Assembly: GCA_051047955.1 (NCBI GenBank)
Contig: JBPGPT010000002.1
Coordinates: 868,001-932,000, forward strand
Length of the DNA: 64,000 nt
Direction of reading: 5' to 3'
DNA from: Cystobasidiomycetes sp. EMM_F5
Lineage: Eukaryota
The position numbers and the translations under genes are program-made. Under the pieces are notes generated by a model. It was not told the origin of the DNA. It saw only the letters and a list, made by a program, of their open reading frames with translations, and did not search any database. Numbering within the stretch: the stretch's first letter is position 1; each line of letters begins with the position of its first letter. This document shows, piece by piece, positions 1 to 13,261 of this stretch.

Positions 1-3000
1 GGCTTGCAAAACTCGTGTATGCATTGCGTCAAGACAGCTACTTCCGAAATGCCTAAAGGTTCGAAGCATATGCTGCATTCTTCACCTTCAGCCTGTTCGA
101 TGAATCTAAGTAGGTATCTCTGAGGAATGGCAGTGTTTGTGTACACACCTCGTCATCGTCCGTTCGTCTGCAACGTGCCTCCAGTTTCTTGGCTTTGATT
201 CTGTCGAACGCCTCTTTACCCCACAGAGCAATGACACGTTCGGTTTGTGCCGCTTGGTCTTTCTCAGCCTTCTCAAGTAAAGCAAGTCGATCTTTCTCAG
301 CCTTCTCACGCATCGCTGCTTCGTGTTTTTCAGCATCCCCTTCTCTTTCGATAGCAGCCGCAATGCCATCTTCCGTAATAAGTGATGGATGGCTGCACAA
401 CTGACGAAGGCGCAATAGCATCACCAGCACGGTTGCGTAATTCTTGAGACTGTATGATCATACATCAGACCGTGCCTGGCATACGTCAATGAAACGGTCG
501 AAACGTACACTGTGCCCGCTTTCAACATTCTATTGAACACCTCCTGGGAACGCAATTCGACGAAAGAGTATATCTCGCGCTCTTCCGGAGTGAAGTCTAT
601 CTCGACGACATTGACGTGCTTTTCTGGCAAGGTGATCAGCTTTTTGCCGTTGAGTTCGCTGTTCTTGTCGCGTCTGCGTACGAAACGTCAGTCATCTATT
701 CCATGCTTTAGATCTCCAGCTTCGTACCGGAGGCACACTCCCTTCAGAATGACCTGAGCTCTGTTACCGGCCTTCCCTGCTTGGCGTTTCTCCACTTTGA
801 CAACGAAATCGTTGTACTCGCTCCACACGGACCATTCTGTTGCGATGTCAGGAATGGCGATGAGCAAACAGCATTCATCTGTGTCTCTGTCCACTGTCCT
901 TGACTCACTCTTATATCGTAGGAATCGAAAGAGACCGTAGAGGTCGGCCAGAGAGTTGGTGACGGGAGTTCCTGTCGTGTCAGGGTCACGTGAGTCATAC
1001 GCCTACTTATCCTATTTTGACAGTGGGACATACCTGTCAGGCACCAACGCAGCTCTGCTTTCAAGCCGCACACCGCGCCTGATTAGCGGATCAAATCAGC
1101 AAACGACGGATAATCAAGTCTCTGCAAAATCCCGCATACGTGATGCTTTGATATTGCGGTTCCGAATCATTTGCGCCTCATCCACTACCACGCGATGCCA
1201 GTGCATTCGGTAGAGTAGGCCGGTCTGTTCAATGTTTTCGTAAAAGTCGGCTTCGTCAGCGGACTCCCACACTGCGTCAGGCCCTTTCTTTAGGCGCCAC
1301 GCCTTTTTGTGTTTGGCTAAAGCAGTCGCATCATCCTCAACCCATTGGCCGCTTAAAGTAGTGACCGTTGTGAGGACGACGTCAAATTTCTTCAAGTCCT
1401 GCTCGGCTGCGGCATCAGCAGATGGAGTTGTCGCACCTTCACAAGCACTCCCTACCTCCATATTCTTAGCCCTTCTGTTGCCATGGTATATATGAGCGGA
1501 GAGGTTGCCAGCAGAGAATTTCGCCACCGCTTCTGCCCATTGTTCAAGCAAGGCTTATGCGGAACTTGCCGTGAGCCTCACGTAGCAGATGCGACAACTT
1601 TGACTTACCGACTGGCGCCAGAATCAGCGTGCCACGCTCATTAGCGTCATCGCTAGGGTTCATAATCATTGTTGAAATCATTTGCACGGTCTGAAATCCA
1701 GAATCTCAACAAATACCAGTATGCATAAACATGTCTTACCTTTCCGAGACCCATCTCGTCAGCTAAGATACCACCATGGGTATTGCTGCGCTCTTGTCTC
1801 AATTGCCAAGTCACTCCCATAGCCTACAAAGCTGGACTCAGCATAAATATACATAACAGAGCGATTGGTGCACATACCTGATGCGCGTAAAGGCAGATAT
1901 CGGAGCTGGATTTTGAGAGAGCGTGTCAAATCGCAAAACAACCTGGAGTGCACGCGGATTACTGACTTCGGCAATTTTTCGTCAAGAGATGTTAGACCGA
2001 GCTCAGCCAAACACTTCTCTACGGTGGCATCCTTGTCAAAGTCGTGAGCCATTGTCGTAGCCTCAAATGCTTCCTTAAAGCTATACGGGGAGACTCAGCA
2101 ACGCTAGGCCTGCCAACTGAATGAACGTAGACCTACTCTGCATCAGGCATAAGGTCTGCCTCTGCTGCCTCTGCTGCATGAGCGGGATCAACATATTCTC
2201 GAGCCCCATAAGGGTTGTATCCAATATGCTGGATCAGAGGGCGCCCAAGTGCATCATAGGCGACGGCACGACCTGGCAAAGGGTTCTCTTCCTTTACATG
2301 CGGGGCAGAGCTTGGGCCCGCGACGCTTGCTAACCCGCCAAAGGGAGCCTGACGAGCGAGATCTGCCTGTAGCGCTGGGGTCGGGCCATAGGCGGGCCCA
2401 CCCAGAAGCTCCAGAGCATCTCTCATGATGTGGTCATCTATGCCGCGGCGACCAGCAAGGTTGCCCATGCCTGCTGGAGCTGAAGCTTGTGCTAGAGCTT
2501 GAGTGCGGGCTTTTCGAGTGGCCTCTGCCAATTTCGCCGTGCTATTCCCATCAATAACATTAGAGACCATGCACAAGTGCAAACATAGCAGGTACATGCG
2601 TACAGTTTTCCCTTTTTAACCATTAAGATGGCAATGCTTGCGTTATTGCGTTCAATTGAGGCCTGCATGACCTTGCGGTCTGCAGCTGGGGTGCAATGGA
2701 CATGAGAACTTGTAGGAAAGCCAGGTAGACTTACTCACCTGAAGTAGCTGCAGCGCTCGCTCTCCTGCAACTGGCATTCGACTTCTCGAGTCGTCGAATT
2801 TTCCGATTCGTTTCGACGAGGGATACGTTGAGCTGTACCAATGGCGAGACAGTTGTAGCCGAGGAGGGTGTGCTGGTGAACGGCACGGGGCCACGTCCCA
2901 GGATGTTTGGCTTCTGCTCGGCAGACGCAGGCTTGCTTTGAGATCCCAGGGCACCCGTCTGGCTCAGTGATAGTTTGGACAAACTATTCGCCGATTCATT

Positions 3001-4750
3001 GCTGTTCATTCGCGAACGTGTGGCATCAGCTCCCGCTTTTACGCTGGTAGTGCTGCCACTTCTTGACAGCCCAGCTACATCGAACGGTTTCACATCGCTG
3101 CGTCCGCTAACGGTTCGCATACGAGCAGAGTCTGCGTAAGCGCCGTAAGGGTTGTTGGCATTCGAAGTCTGGCTTGCGGGACGATTCTGTGACATTCGCT
3201 CGAATGGCTTGACATCACTGCTACTGCTACTGACGCGACTGCGGGAAGATCCACCAGCTGTCTTGCTGTCGCTTCCATTACTATCCAGTCTTGATCGTGT
3301 CAGGCCAATGCTCGGTTTGACGTCGGTATTGCTGCCACCACTTGCGACACGAGAGCGGGACGGCCCGGCCAGAGGCTTGATATCATTGTTGCTGCCGACA
3401 GCTGGAGGAGCTTTGAAAGGTTTAACGTCAACGCTGCTGCTATTGCTGTCGATACGGGCACGCGAGAGCCATGGGGTAGACAGATCATCATTGGATTTGT
3501 CAACTGATACATCCGTCTCACTGCTTGGAAAGGTAACGCTGTTCCGAATCTGAGACAGATCGACGTTTCGACTTGTTCTGGAATTCTCCGCGGGTTGGGT
3601 GCCCAGCGGTTTCTGACTGAACAACAGGCCTGCTGTCTGCGACATACCATGCGAGCCTGATGTAGTGGACCCGCTGGCTGTGAAAGGATCATCATTGACC
3701 TTTGCACTGCCCGCAGAAGAAGCAGGCTTGTTGGTAACGGCAGGAATGGTTTGCGTGACAGTGGAGGGGTTTGAAGGGATTTTACGGGATTTGGGAGAAA
3801 TGACCATATCATCATTGGACATGGTCGATGCGCTTCCAAGAGGTTTGAGAGGACTTCGGAATTTGGAATTGGCCTCGGGCAAGGAGGTGATGGGGCTATC
3901 TTCACGTTTTGCCTTCTTTGTACTTACCGCCCGCATCTTGCCTTTGGCATCGCTAGTAGACGCAACAGCTCGCTTTGGTTCCTTGTTTTCGTCTTCGCTG
4001 TCATCGATAACGACGACTTGTGACGCCTTACGCTTGGGTCCAGGCCCTTCCTTGATGATTCGCTTAGCCTTGGGCGATGCCTGTGTCATGACTACATCGC
4101 CGGTGAGCTCCTCTTTGACCTGACGATGTGGCTCTCATGAGCCGGGGAAACAGTAAAAATAGGTTCTCCGCAGAAAAAACCTACTTCGACAGGCTTGGCA
4201 GCTGCCAGCCTAGCTCTGAGCGCCTTTGTATGGGCTTCGGATTTTTCTTGGTGCCACTGAGAAAGCGATATCAATCAGCGCGGTCTTTGCATTGCGAAGA
4301 CGGAGTCTCACAATAAAGTCCGCAAGGGAGCCGACACCAAATCGCTTAGCCCGACGATCTTCGGTTGCTGAATCGTTCATACAAAGTTGAGCGCGTAACA
4401 TGCCTCGTTCAAGGAAAACATACCATCTGGATAAGGGTGAAGCGGGAACTTCTTTGCATTCTTGAGGCAGCGGCCTTCCAAACAATGCACCGTTCCATCT
4501 GTAGCGTGGTCATCGGGAGAGGGGAAGTGCGATGGCTCAAGAGAATGGAACGACATGTGAACAACGGCTCAACCTACAACCAACACCAGGCTGTCGGTGG
4601 ATGCGAAAGTTGACATCGTTCGGGTTCTTCCTGAGGATTTCCTCCAAGTCTTTGACGAGGGTCGGCGGGAGGGCATCCTGTGGGGATTGTGTGACAAAAT
4701 TACATAAAATAGTCGGAAACACGACGAAGAGATGTTTCAGGGTATGACAT
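1..4750 (-). CDS. SNF2-family ATPase/helicase (Rad5/Rad16/Uls1-like), multi-exon; 3' end lies outside the window
   Basis: Spliced motifs GGILADEMGLGKT (~1740-1780), TLILAP, WHRVVVDEAQMIRNRN, WCLTG/TPVTN and LVMLLRLRQLCSHPSL, plus a long Ser-rich N-terminal exon (2731-4089). The 5' exons and the ATG at 4750 are tentative. Confidence 0.9.
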
Positions 4751-5167
4751 GATGAGCGCTTAGCACCATTTCGGACTGTCAGGAGTCCGATCCGAAACGC
4801 ACCTGGTCGTCCCAACCATCGATGACCTGCTTGAGCAACTCTGGCGACACGGACCCGTCGCCAGCCTGTCGCCCAGCAGCACGCTGCGACGAGGCAGCCA
4901 TCTGTGCGTACATAAATTCCACCCAACTCAGCTACATACGTTCACTGCTGTACCTGGCAGCGACACCCACCGCGCGTGTCCCTTGTGTGCTGGAGGTTGG
5001 CTCGGAATCAAGAGGGAAAAGTGTTGAAAACCGAGATTAAATAGGTGCAGATTGAGCACCGCAGTGGAAACCTGTATGCAATGTTCAAGAATCCTCGTGT
5101 CGTAAGCAGACAAGAGGGTTAGCAAACTCCGTCCGAGAAGCGCTTAGCACAAAACTTGTTTACATTG

Positions 5168-5260
5168 ACGCGTCGGGACCTGACTGGAGAGACGCGACTG
5201 ATATTGCGGAATGCTAAGCCTGTCACGGCAGGCAGAATGCCGGCGGGGAATGCGCGATAA
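5168..5260. promoter_or_regulatory. Putative MCB (ACGCGT/ACGCGA) sites and three RGAATG (TEA/ATTS-like) sites upstream of the SNF2 gene
   Basis: gACGCGTc at ~5168 and gACGCGA at ~5192; GGAATGc, AGAATGc and GGAATGc within ~50 bp. The region also overlaps the likely NOC3 3'UTR. Confidence 0.3.
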
Positions 5261-5311
5261 GAGCACCGCATCGTAATCCCATCATGACTACAACAACATA
5301 ATACCACTCGT

Positions 5312-8300
5312 CTACTCGTCCTTCGACCATCTTGCCAATCTCGCCGCCATCGCACGGACCTCCTCGTCGAAATGGCTTTCTTCCAGCAGAGAAAGCTCCC
5401 ACCAGACTGTAGCACGAGGGTTGCTCAGACTCTCATCTGTCGTCTCGTACTTGTACATTCCGTCTCGCTGCTGGTCGTCCGTGTTTAGCATAGCCTCGAG
5501 AGATCGCTCCTTGACCAACAGTTGACGAATAAAGTCGAGAGCAGCAAGAGCAGACTGTTTGGGCCAGTGCAAAGCAGCGATGAGGATGCGCTTGGAGAAA
5601 GCCATCACCCGGACCGGAGAATTGGGTTGACGCGATGTGAGAAAGATGTGTCGCAAACATCGAAACAGCAGATCACCCTGTGTTTGCATGGAGAATGTGC
5701 CCCTCAGGCGCGGTAGCGTAGATCGTGCTGTGGTAGGCTTGTCTTCGATAGATGTGGATAGGGTGCTTGTGGCAATGAGGGCGTACAGAAGGGAGACAAA
5801 GGCACTTAGATCCAGATTTAATGCTTCACCTGCAAGCATGATCTTAGAGAAAAATCACTGGGTTCTTTGGGTACTACCACACACCTTGTCCTGACAGGAG
5901 ATCCAGTGCACAGGCAATGCACAATAATTGGGTGCGCATGTCCGTGCTTTCCGTAGTTATCGACTTGAGTACAGCAAGGAGATCCCTGAAGAAATCAACA
6001 TTGACAAGTTGTGAGAATCTGGCGAGACCTTCCAATGCAGCTGGTAGCAGCTCGCTCTTTTGGTCAACTGGAAGCTTAAGAATCCTGAGATACAAAGCGA
6101 ATTGTAATTTGAGGGATTCGGTACTCTGTCATTTATGGTACGATATCAGTCTCCACAATCATAAACAATCGACTTGGTCAACTTACATTGCGAGCTCGAT
6201 CTTCTGCGCTGACAGTTAGTTCCGCTTCTTGGATCTCCTTAGTGATCTCACGCTTCTCATTCATCGCCTTGCGTGCCTTCTTGTTGATGTATGGCTGCTG
6301 CTTGCCACCCTTGCCTTTGTGCTTGTCGTGCTTGTAGCCGTTCCTCTGGTTTGCAGGCTCGCCCTTGTCGATGCGATCTGTGCTGGCTCTTGTACGGCCC
6401 AAATCAGGAAATCGCATGCACAAAAGGGCAGACAGCATCGCAGGGTGTACGAGGTATGAATGTCCCTTGATGGTTCGCGAGACCATCCGAACAATCTCCA
6501 AGGATGTCTCCCCTGTCGCATCGGTGAGCAGAACATTCGACAAAGTCGTCACTACAATCTCTGAGAGCTGCATGTATGAACGCAATCAGATTTGTTAGTA
6601 GCGGATTGGGCAGATACTGACTGACCTCGTCGAAGTCCCGCTTCGCAAGCGTTTTGACGAGTACTTCGATGATGTTTATGGCAAAGTTGAAGTAACCTTT
6701 CTCCTTGATGAGCTCACACAAACATCGAAGTGCAATCGGTGCCAAGTTTGAAGTGGACCGTATCTCATTTTCGCAGTTTTCCAGAAACTTGCGATACACA
6801 GTCACTAAGCCTTCTTCGTATTCACGTTGCTGCATGACTGCTTGTGTAGTACGTGCGCTCTTCTCAACTTCTGTCAATTGCCGGATGCGATAGCCACTGT
6901 AAAATGATACGTCAGCCAGTAATTCGAGATGCGCTCGGCTGAACCACTCACGGAATGATGTCCAGGAAGACTGCTAAAAGTGAGAGCATGGCAAGAGACC
7001 GTATGGGAGCATCTATCGGCCGACCCTCCTCCCGTTTCTCGCCAGGGGACAGGAAGACGGGCATAGTAAAGCTTTGTAATCGCTTCAGCAAGTTCAGCTG
7101 TATAATCGATGGAAATGAACCTCAGCCAATTGCGCCGATTCACGTATAAAGACTCAAAAGAGTGCCTTACACTCATTTCTGGCTCGGCAATGATATCTCG
7201 CCCTAGTACTGCCAATTCCTCTCGCGCGGCTTGTATACGCATTCCCAAATCTTCGATCTCCAAGACACTCGACACGGCCGGCCTGCCGAACCTAGCTCCT
7301 AGTGGATTAAGCTTAGGTTTTGCTGCTCTCATCCGTTTTCGCAACGTTTCCTCTTCATCCGCTTCCTCGTCTGACAATTCTGCAGTTTTCCGCTTGTGCG
7401 ATATCCGATTCTGTTCGGTCTCCTCAGTTTTTGATTTTGTCGCCTTGTGTTGTACCACTTCCCCATCCATGATGACTGGTAATCGAGATGGTCCATTGGC
7501 GGCCTTCTCTGCATCGATTCGTTTTTGCTTTTTAGACGCTATATTGGCATATCGGTCCTCTAAGCCTTCCTCGTCCGAATCTGCCAGTAGTGTGTGCGAC
7601 GATGCATCCGAATCTGATTGCGCCAACCCTTCCCACTCATCTGCATCGTCTTGCAAATCATCTGACTCAATGGAGTCCGAATCTCCAAGATTATCAGAAC
7701 CTCCGAGGTCTTCATCTACAGATAAGTCATCGTCACTGTCCCACTCCAGATCGCTGTCACTGAGATTGGCGAAATCATCTTCATCTAGGGCGTCCAAATC
7801 CTCCTCCCCATCGCTGTTGACTGTTGTCGGGGCAGGCGCAATTTTCGGTAGAGGCACTCGCAAGGTCGATGATTCAGCTTTATCGGCCTTGGACGGCTTC
7901 TCGAGTGGAGGCTTGGACACTTTATATTCATTTTGAATGAACGAGCGAGATCTGTGGCAGCCGACGGTTTCAGTCTTCTGAATCATATATTCCATGCACT
8001 TTCGACGCACTTTGAAAGGCCTTTCGTATCGAGAGTCGTCAGGAATTGCGCCCTTTGCGCAAATGTTGTAGTTGGCACATTTTCCTGGTCGCTGTTGTCA
8101 GAATTTGTATCGTCTTCGACGCTGTCATCACCGTCATCGTTTGGGAGCATATCTTGCACGTCGATGTCCGATTCATCTTCTTCACTGCCATCCTCGCCGT
8201 CGTCTTCTTGCGCAGCTACGTGCTGTCTACTTGCACCAGGTATGTCGACAAACTCTCGCAGTCCTCGCCGTTTGACCTTTTCCTTGCCGTCCTTGTCCTT

Positions 8301-8519
8301 CTTCGCAACTGTCGGTGGACGCCTCAAGGTCTCCTTTACGGGATCAGCTCCCGTTTTCCCTCTGCTACCGCTCGACATCTTGGCAGCACTCCCTCGTGAA
8401 GCATGTTTTGCTGAAGCCCTCTTGTTTGCCAACTTTGCTGCATTCTTGCTGCTCCCGCTGCTGCTGCCCGCAGACTTGCCCTGCTGTTTTGCCCGCTTCT
8501 TGCCATTCACATTGGCCAT
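5312..8519 (-). CDS. NOC3: Nucleolar complex protein 3 (CBF/Mak21 family), multi-exon
   Basis: Basic/acidic N-terminus, YFNFAINII, ALEGLARFSQLVNVDFFRDLL, RVMAFSKRIL and C-terminal NPRATVWWELSLL, all typical of Noc3. Confidence 0.9.
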
Positions 8520-8710
8520 GTTGCAGTATGACTACTGACTTCTGCCAGTGGGTGACTACCATCAGTCTTTGACGTTTGAAATTTATGCACGGCATGATCG
8601 AAGCATATCGGCGATAACAACGCGGATGTCTAGCCATTACAGCGGAGACTGCGTCTGCTTCATAGTCCTCCAGCCTTTCATCTTTGCTCAGTTCATTGGA
8701 GTAGCTCACT

Positions 8711-8909
8711 GAAGCCGACTTTTACGCAAAACATTGAACAGACAGCTTTGCTCTACCGAATGAACTGGCATCGCGTAGTAATAGATGAGGCGCAAACCAT
8801 TCGCAATCGTAATACCAAGGCATCACGTGGGATCCTACACAGACTCGGTTATTCGTCGTTTGCTCATTGATACGCTAATCAGGCGCAGTATGCGTTGGAA
8901 TTTCACAGG
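8711..8909 (+). pseudogene. Inverted, frameshifted fragment of a SNF2 paralogue (motif II exon end, intron, start of next exon)
   Basis: Aligns by eye to the reverse complement of 1033-1254. Reads EADFY(+1 nt)NIEQTALLYRMNWHRVVIDEAQTIRNRNTKAS, then a homologous intron ending gctaatcag, then a short deletion. Confidence 0.85.
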
Positions 8910-9608
8910 CCTGACCAATACCTTTTGCCGAAGAAATGGATCAGAGAAAGACGCAAGATTGCGGATCGGATTACTTCACATGGAGGGAAAGATGGATGCT
9001 GGAAAATTCAATTTAGCTTTCAGCGTAAGTATGTAGATGGAGACTAAATCAGTAAACAGAAGGCGAAGTCACGATCGATTAGTTTCGATGAGCCAAATGG
9101 TATGCTACAATATGATACAGCACTTCCACTCCTCCCCATGGCGCACTACGCAGCGCCTCCATGTCAGGCTAAGGGACATGTTCGCGTAAATAGCGCCACG
9201 AGCCAAACAACTAGGCCACTGAGATGCATAAATAATCCAAGGTCGGCGCAGTCGTAACACTGCTACGTTATGTATTTGCCGCGGTATTGTATCTTGCCTC
9301 CTTTGCGTTCTGTAATAATGGGACTCGCAGCGGGTCGGTATCGATGTTGCGGAGAGTAGCTGGGGCGGGGCAAAGGTGCATCAGAAATGGCACTAGGACG
9401 CCATGGTAAATACTGGCATTCCAGCTCACGGTGCAACGTAGCGGAAATCCGGTCTATGCGCTTGCACCTTGTCATTTGGGTCAAAGAAGTCCTGGATCAC
9501 ACCGCTGCGATGCCATTCGCAAGGCGGAGGAGCAGCAGTCAGATATGGTCTACCATAAATGGTATGATACTCGCTCACCTTCGCCATACGTAGATCCACC
9601 AGACAACC

Positions 9609-12600
9609 ATGACGAGCAGCCCAGCCAGCCCGACACGCTTCAGGGCAGCGGTCAACGTCGCAGCGCCAGGCGAGGACGGTTTGGTTCTCATTGGCCTGCC
9701 TGGCATAGTGCTGCTTGATGGCAGTCGCGGTGAAGACATGATGGCAGGAATTGGAATGTGACCAAAGCCGATATCAGGTTTGGTTGACGATTTTGGAGGA
9801 TCACTTCGGCTTTACACGCACCGACCATGGACAGCATCTGAGCAGGCGTTTTAAAGCAATGGCTCAGCGTGTCGCGACTGGCGGACACGGGGCAGTGACA
9901 AGCGGCCTCGTTGCCAGCACTTCCCTGCATGGGAACGGTGGAGCGACGTATATTTCCAACGACGACGACGAAGACGACAACGAATGGCACGAACTACACG
10001 AATTGGAAGCGCAGCTTGCCAACGAGACCCAAAATAACGAAGACTTTGCGCCGTCAAGAAATATCGGCAACGGCGCAAGATATGCCCAGGTTCCCACAGA
10101 CGAAAATGACGACAAGCTCGAGCACAAAGCGGGCTCGAGGCTTAACGCTCCACCCTCTAATGACGATCCAGCACTGGCAATGGTCAGAGCGGTTGTCAAA
10201 GAGACCGATGACCCATCTCTGCCAAACGTTACATTTCGGGTCTTGCTGCTCGGAACGATATTATGCGCAGTCGGGGCTGCCGTCAGTCAGCTGTTCTTTG
10301 TGCGTGCAGGTGTTTTCAATGTCCGTGTAACAATGTCTAATAGCGTATTCTTGTTGTCTATTTAGTTTAAATCAAAGTCAGTGCTTATCGTATAATACGG
10401 ACGATTACAGAGTGGGACTGTGTCTTGACTCATCTGAATTTACATAGCGCACCCTCCTTCTCCAATTTTCTCATCATCCTTCTGTCCTACCCCGCGGGAC
10501 ACTGGCTTGCCCAGATTTTGCCCGAGAGGTACTACAATATACTAGGATACACCTTCACATTGAATCCAGGGCCGTTCGGCGTCAAGGAGCATGTGCTCAT
10601 CCTTGCCATAGCTGGATCCGGATCTGGGTCAGCGTACGGAGCTGACATTATCACTATCCAAGATTTGTACTATCATCAGGATATTGGACCCGTCGGGGGC
10701 ATCCTCCTGCTCCTCAGCACGCAGATACTGGGATTCGGCTTGTCTGGACTGGTACATAATCTCCTGGTTCGGCCATCAAAGATGGTCTGGCCCGCAACAC
10801 TCGTCCCGATATCCCTCTTCAACACGCTTCACGGTGACAGCTCTACAATCACCCGGCAAAGATTGCGCTTCTTCAAGTTGGCTTTCCTCGCAATATTCGC
10901 TTGGCAATTTATGCCAACGGGTACGTCTGTTAATACCTTCACGGTGGCTCGGTAACGCGTCGCTCACTTGGCTTCGACGTAGTCTTTGCACCCATATTGA
11001 CCTCCTTCGCCACCTTGTGCTTGATCAATAACAATATACCTGCGTTTCGTGCTTTGGGCTCTGGCTATTCCGGCTTTGGTTGGTTCAACATTTCATTCGA
11101 CTGGTCAGTAATCGGAAGTCAGGGCGGATTATTCACGCCCTGGTTCGGTATGTCTCGGTGTAATGCATCTAGAATCAGCACTAAGCGACCGTCCGTTACA
11201 GCAAGTTTGAATCGATTTGGAGGCTTCTTCACAGCGTGAGCCGCGATTCTAGTCAACAGTAGCGTGCGCGCAATTCTGATGCCTGTCCTCCCTGCATTAC
11301 AGTATGGGGTATGTTTGGTGAGATTACCTATGATGCCCGGTACTGATCTCAATTCCATAGCTTTATTGCCCCACTAATGTATTTCACCAACTTTTGGGGT
11401 GCGAAATCTTTTGATTCGGTCATTGGACCTGGCCTGTACGATCGCAACCACCGTAAATTCGACATCACGAAAATCATAGACCCTCAAACCCTCAGCCTTG
11501 ATTCCGAAAAGTGGGAGCAGGCAAGACCTTTGTTGCTGACTCCGTAAGACACCATGACATAAGGCAGCAACAGACTAATCTGATTCTTGTAATTAGGTGG
11601 TTCGGTATGACATACGCCCTGTCTTTCGCGGTCCTGTCTGCGGTAGTCGTGTCAATCTTACTATGGCACTGGGCGGATATTCGAGATGCCTTTTTGACAT
11701 CACGTACGACTACTACCTCTGAGGATATTCATGTGCAAATGATGGAAGCTTCATACGAACCGGTTCCGGCGTCATGGTATGCCTACGCTGGGATCTCGAT
11801 GATTGTGGCCGCCGTCGTCGTCGTCGTGTTCTATCCAATGCAATTACCAGTCTGGGCGCTCTTGCTATCTTTGCTGGTGGCACTCGTGTTCCTGCCGGCA
11901 TGCGGTATCATTGCTGCGACGACGGGTACCGTTATTGGTGAGTTGCAAGCGTGTGACAATCGTGATATGCTCACCAAAGAAATGGCAGGTCTCAACGTCA
12001 TCACCGAGTTTATCGCAGGCTTGTTGCTTCCAGGATTACCGATTGCTAATGTTACCTTCAAATGCTACGGCTACATGGTGTCAGTCTGCAACCAAAGTGG
12101 GTTCGGCCACAGCTGACGATGACACCTCGGGTTTCAGTATGTCACAAGCGCTGGCTTTGGTCGCGGATCTAAAACTCGCTCTATACTGCAAGATAAAGCC
12201 TAAAGCTATGTTTGGATGCCAATTGTACGGCACTGCCCTCGGGGCAATCGTAAACTACAGTCAGTCGATTCCTTTCGCCAACGCCCGAGTTGTGACTAAA
12301 CGTGATTGCTACAGTTTACGTACGCTCTGTCATTGCATCCAAGCGAGAGTTCCTCGATGGAACGCTGGTTGATCCCACTGGGCAGTGGACTGGTCGTTCA
12401 CCTAAAATATTCTATTCTGCATCTGTCATTTGGGGCTTGGTGGGACCTGCTCGATTCTTCGTAGGAAACTATCGATGGTTGTATCTCGGTTTCCCCGTTG
12501 GTGCAATCTTGCCCCTCATTCCATGGTATCTGAGCAAAAAATACCCAAATGCAAAGTGGTTGACGAAAGTATCTGTGCCTCTAATTCTGGACGGAACGAT

Positions 12601-12911
12601 GCAAGCGCCACAGACGCCTACAAATGTACTCATTGCTGGCTTCTTGAGTGCATTCCTCAGCCAAAGATATGCTCTACGAAAGTATCCTCAGTGGTATGAG
12701 AAATATAGTCAGTACTGCCTTTGTACGGGCATGCATGCGCATACTCATGATGGTTGGCCATTGGAACACAGATTTCGTTCTATCCGCAGCGCTGGATGCT
12801 GGAACATCAATACAAGCGCTGGTTGTTTACATTTTTGGTATCGGTAGTATCTTTGCGTGGTGGGGCAATTCAGCAGTGAGCGAGTTTTGCTATTGGGAGG
12901 CATTGAGCTAG
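9609..12911 (+). CDS. OPT-family oligopeptide transporter, many introns
   Basis: VKETDDPSLPNVTFRV, LNPGPFGVKEHVLI, GLNVITEFIAG, ANVTFKCYGYM, DLKLALYCKIKP, SVIWGLVGP and SAALDAGT. The start codon (9609 or 9859) is uncertain. Confidence 0.93.
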
Positions 12912-13261
12912 GCTGATACCTTACTGTGACCTTGGACAGATCGATACCGAGCATTGTACGCCTGGGAGCTGAAGTAGCTGGGCGTAGAACAAAGTTATGT
13001 AGTTGTAGACCAGGCATTGCTTGACCAAGCTAGAAGGAACCGCAAATGTAATTCGTGACAAGGCCGTGGTTACTGGCCTCTGTGCGGTGTCATTGATGGT
13101 CTCATTGGCATTTTCTCATATGATTGTCTGATTTACGATGTTTTGGTAATTATCCTGCTACATACGCTTTCCAGTGCTTCCGTACTTCCAACCATCGACT
13201 ATTGGGCTCAGTCGAGCTGCATCTAGCCTTTCTGCAAGCTAGCGCCAAGCCGACTGAGCCG

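Noticed and set aside
7109..8538. Long antisense ORFs opposite NOC3 (also 53784-54656, 38417-38947 and others)
   Set aside because: Shadow frames of acidic or low-complexity coding sequence.
8365..8709. Minus-strand ORF (SYSNELSKDERLEDYEADAV...) abutting the SNF2 relic
   Set aside because: No ATG start and no homology I can recognise within the window; it could be another relic but is unsupported.
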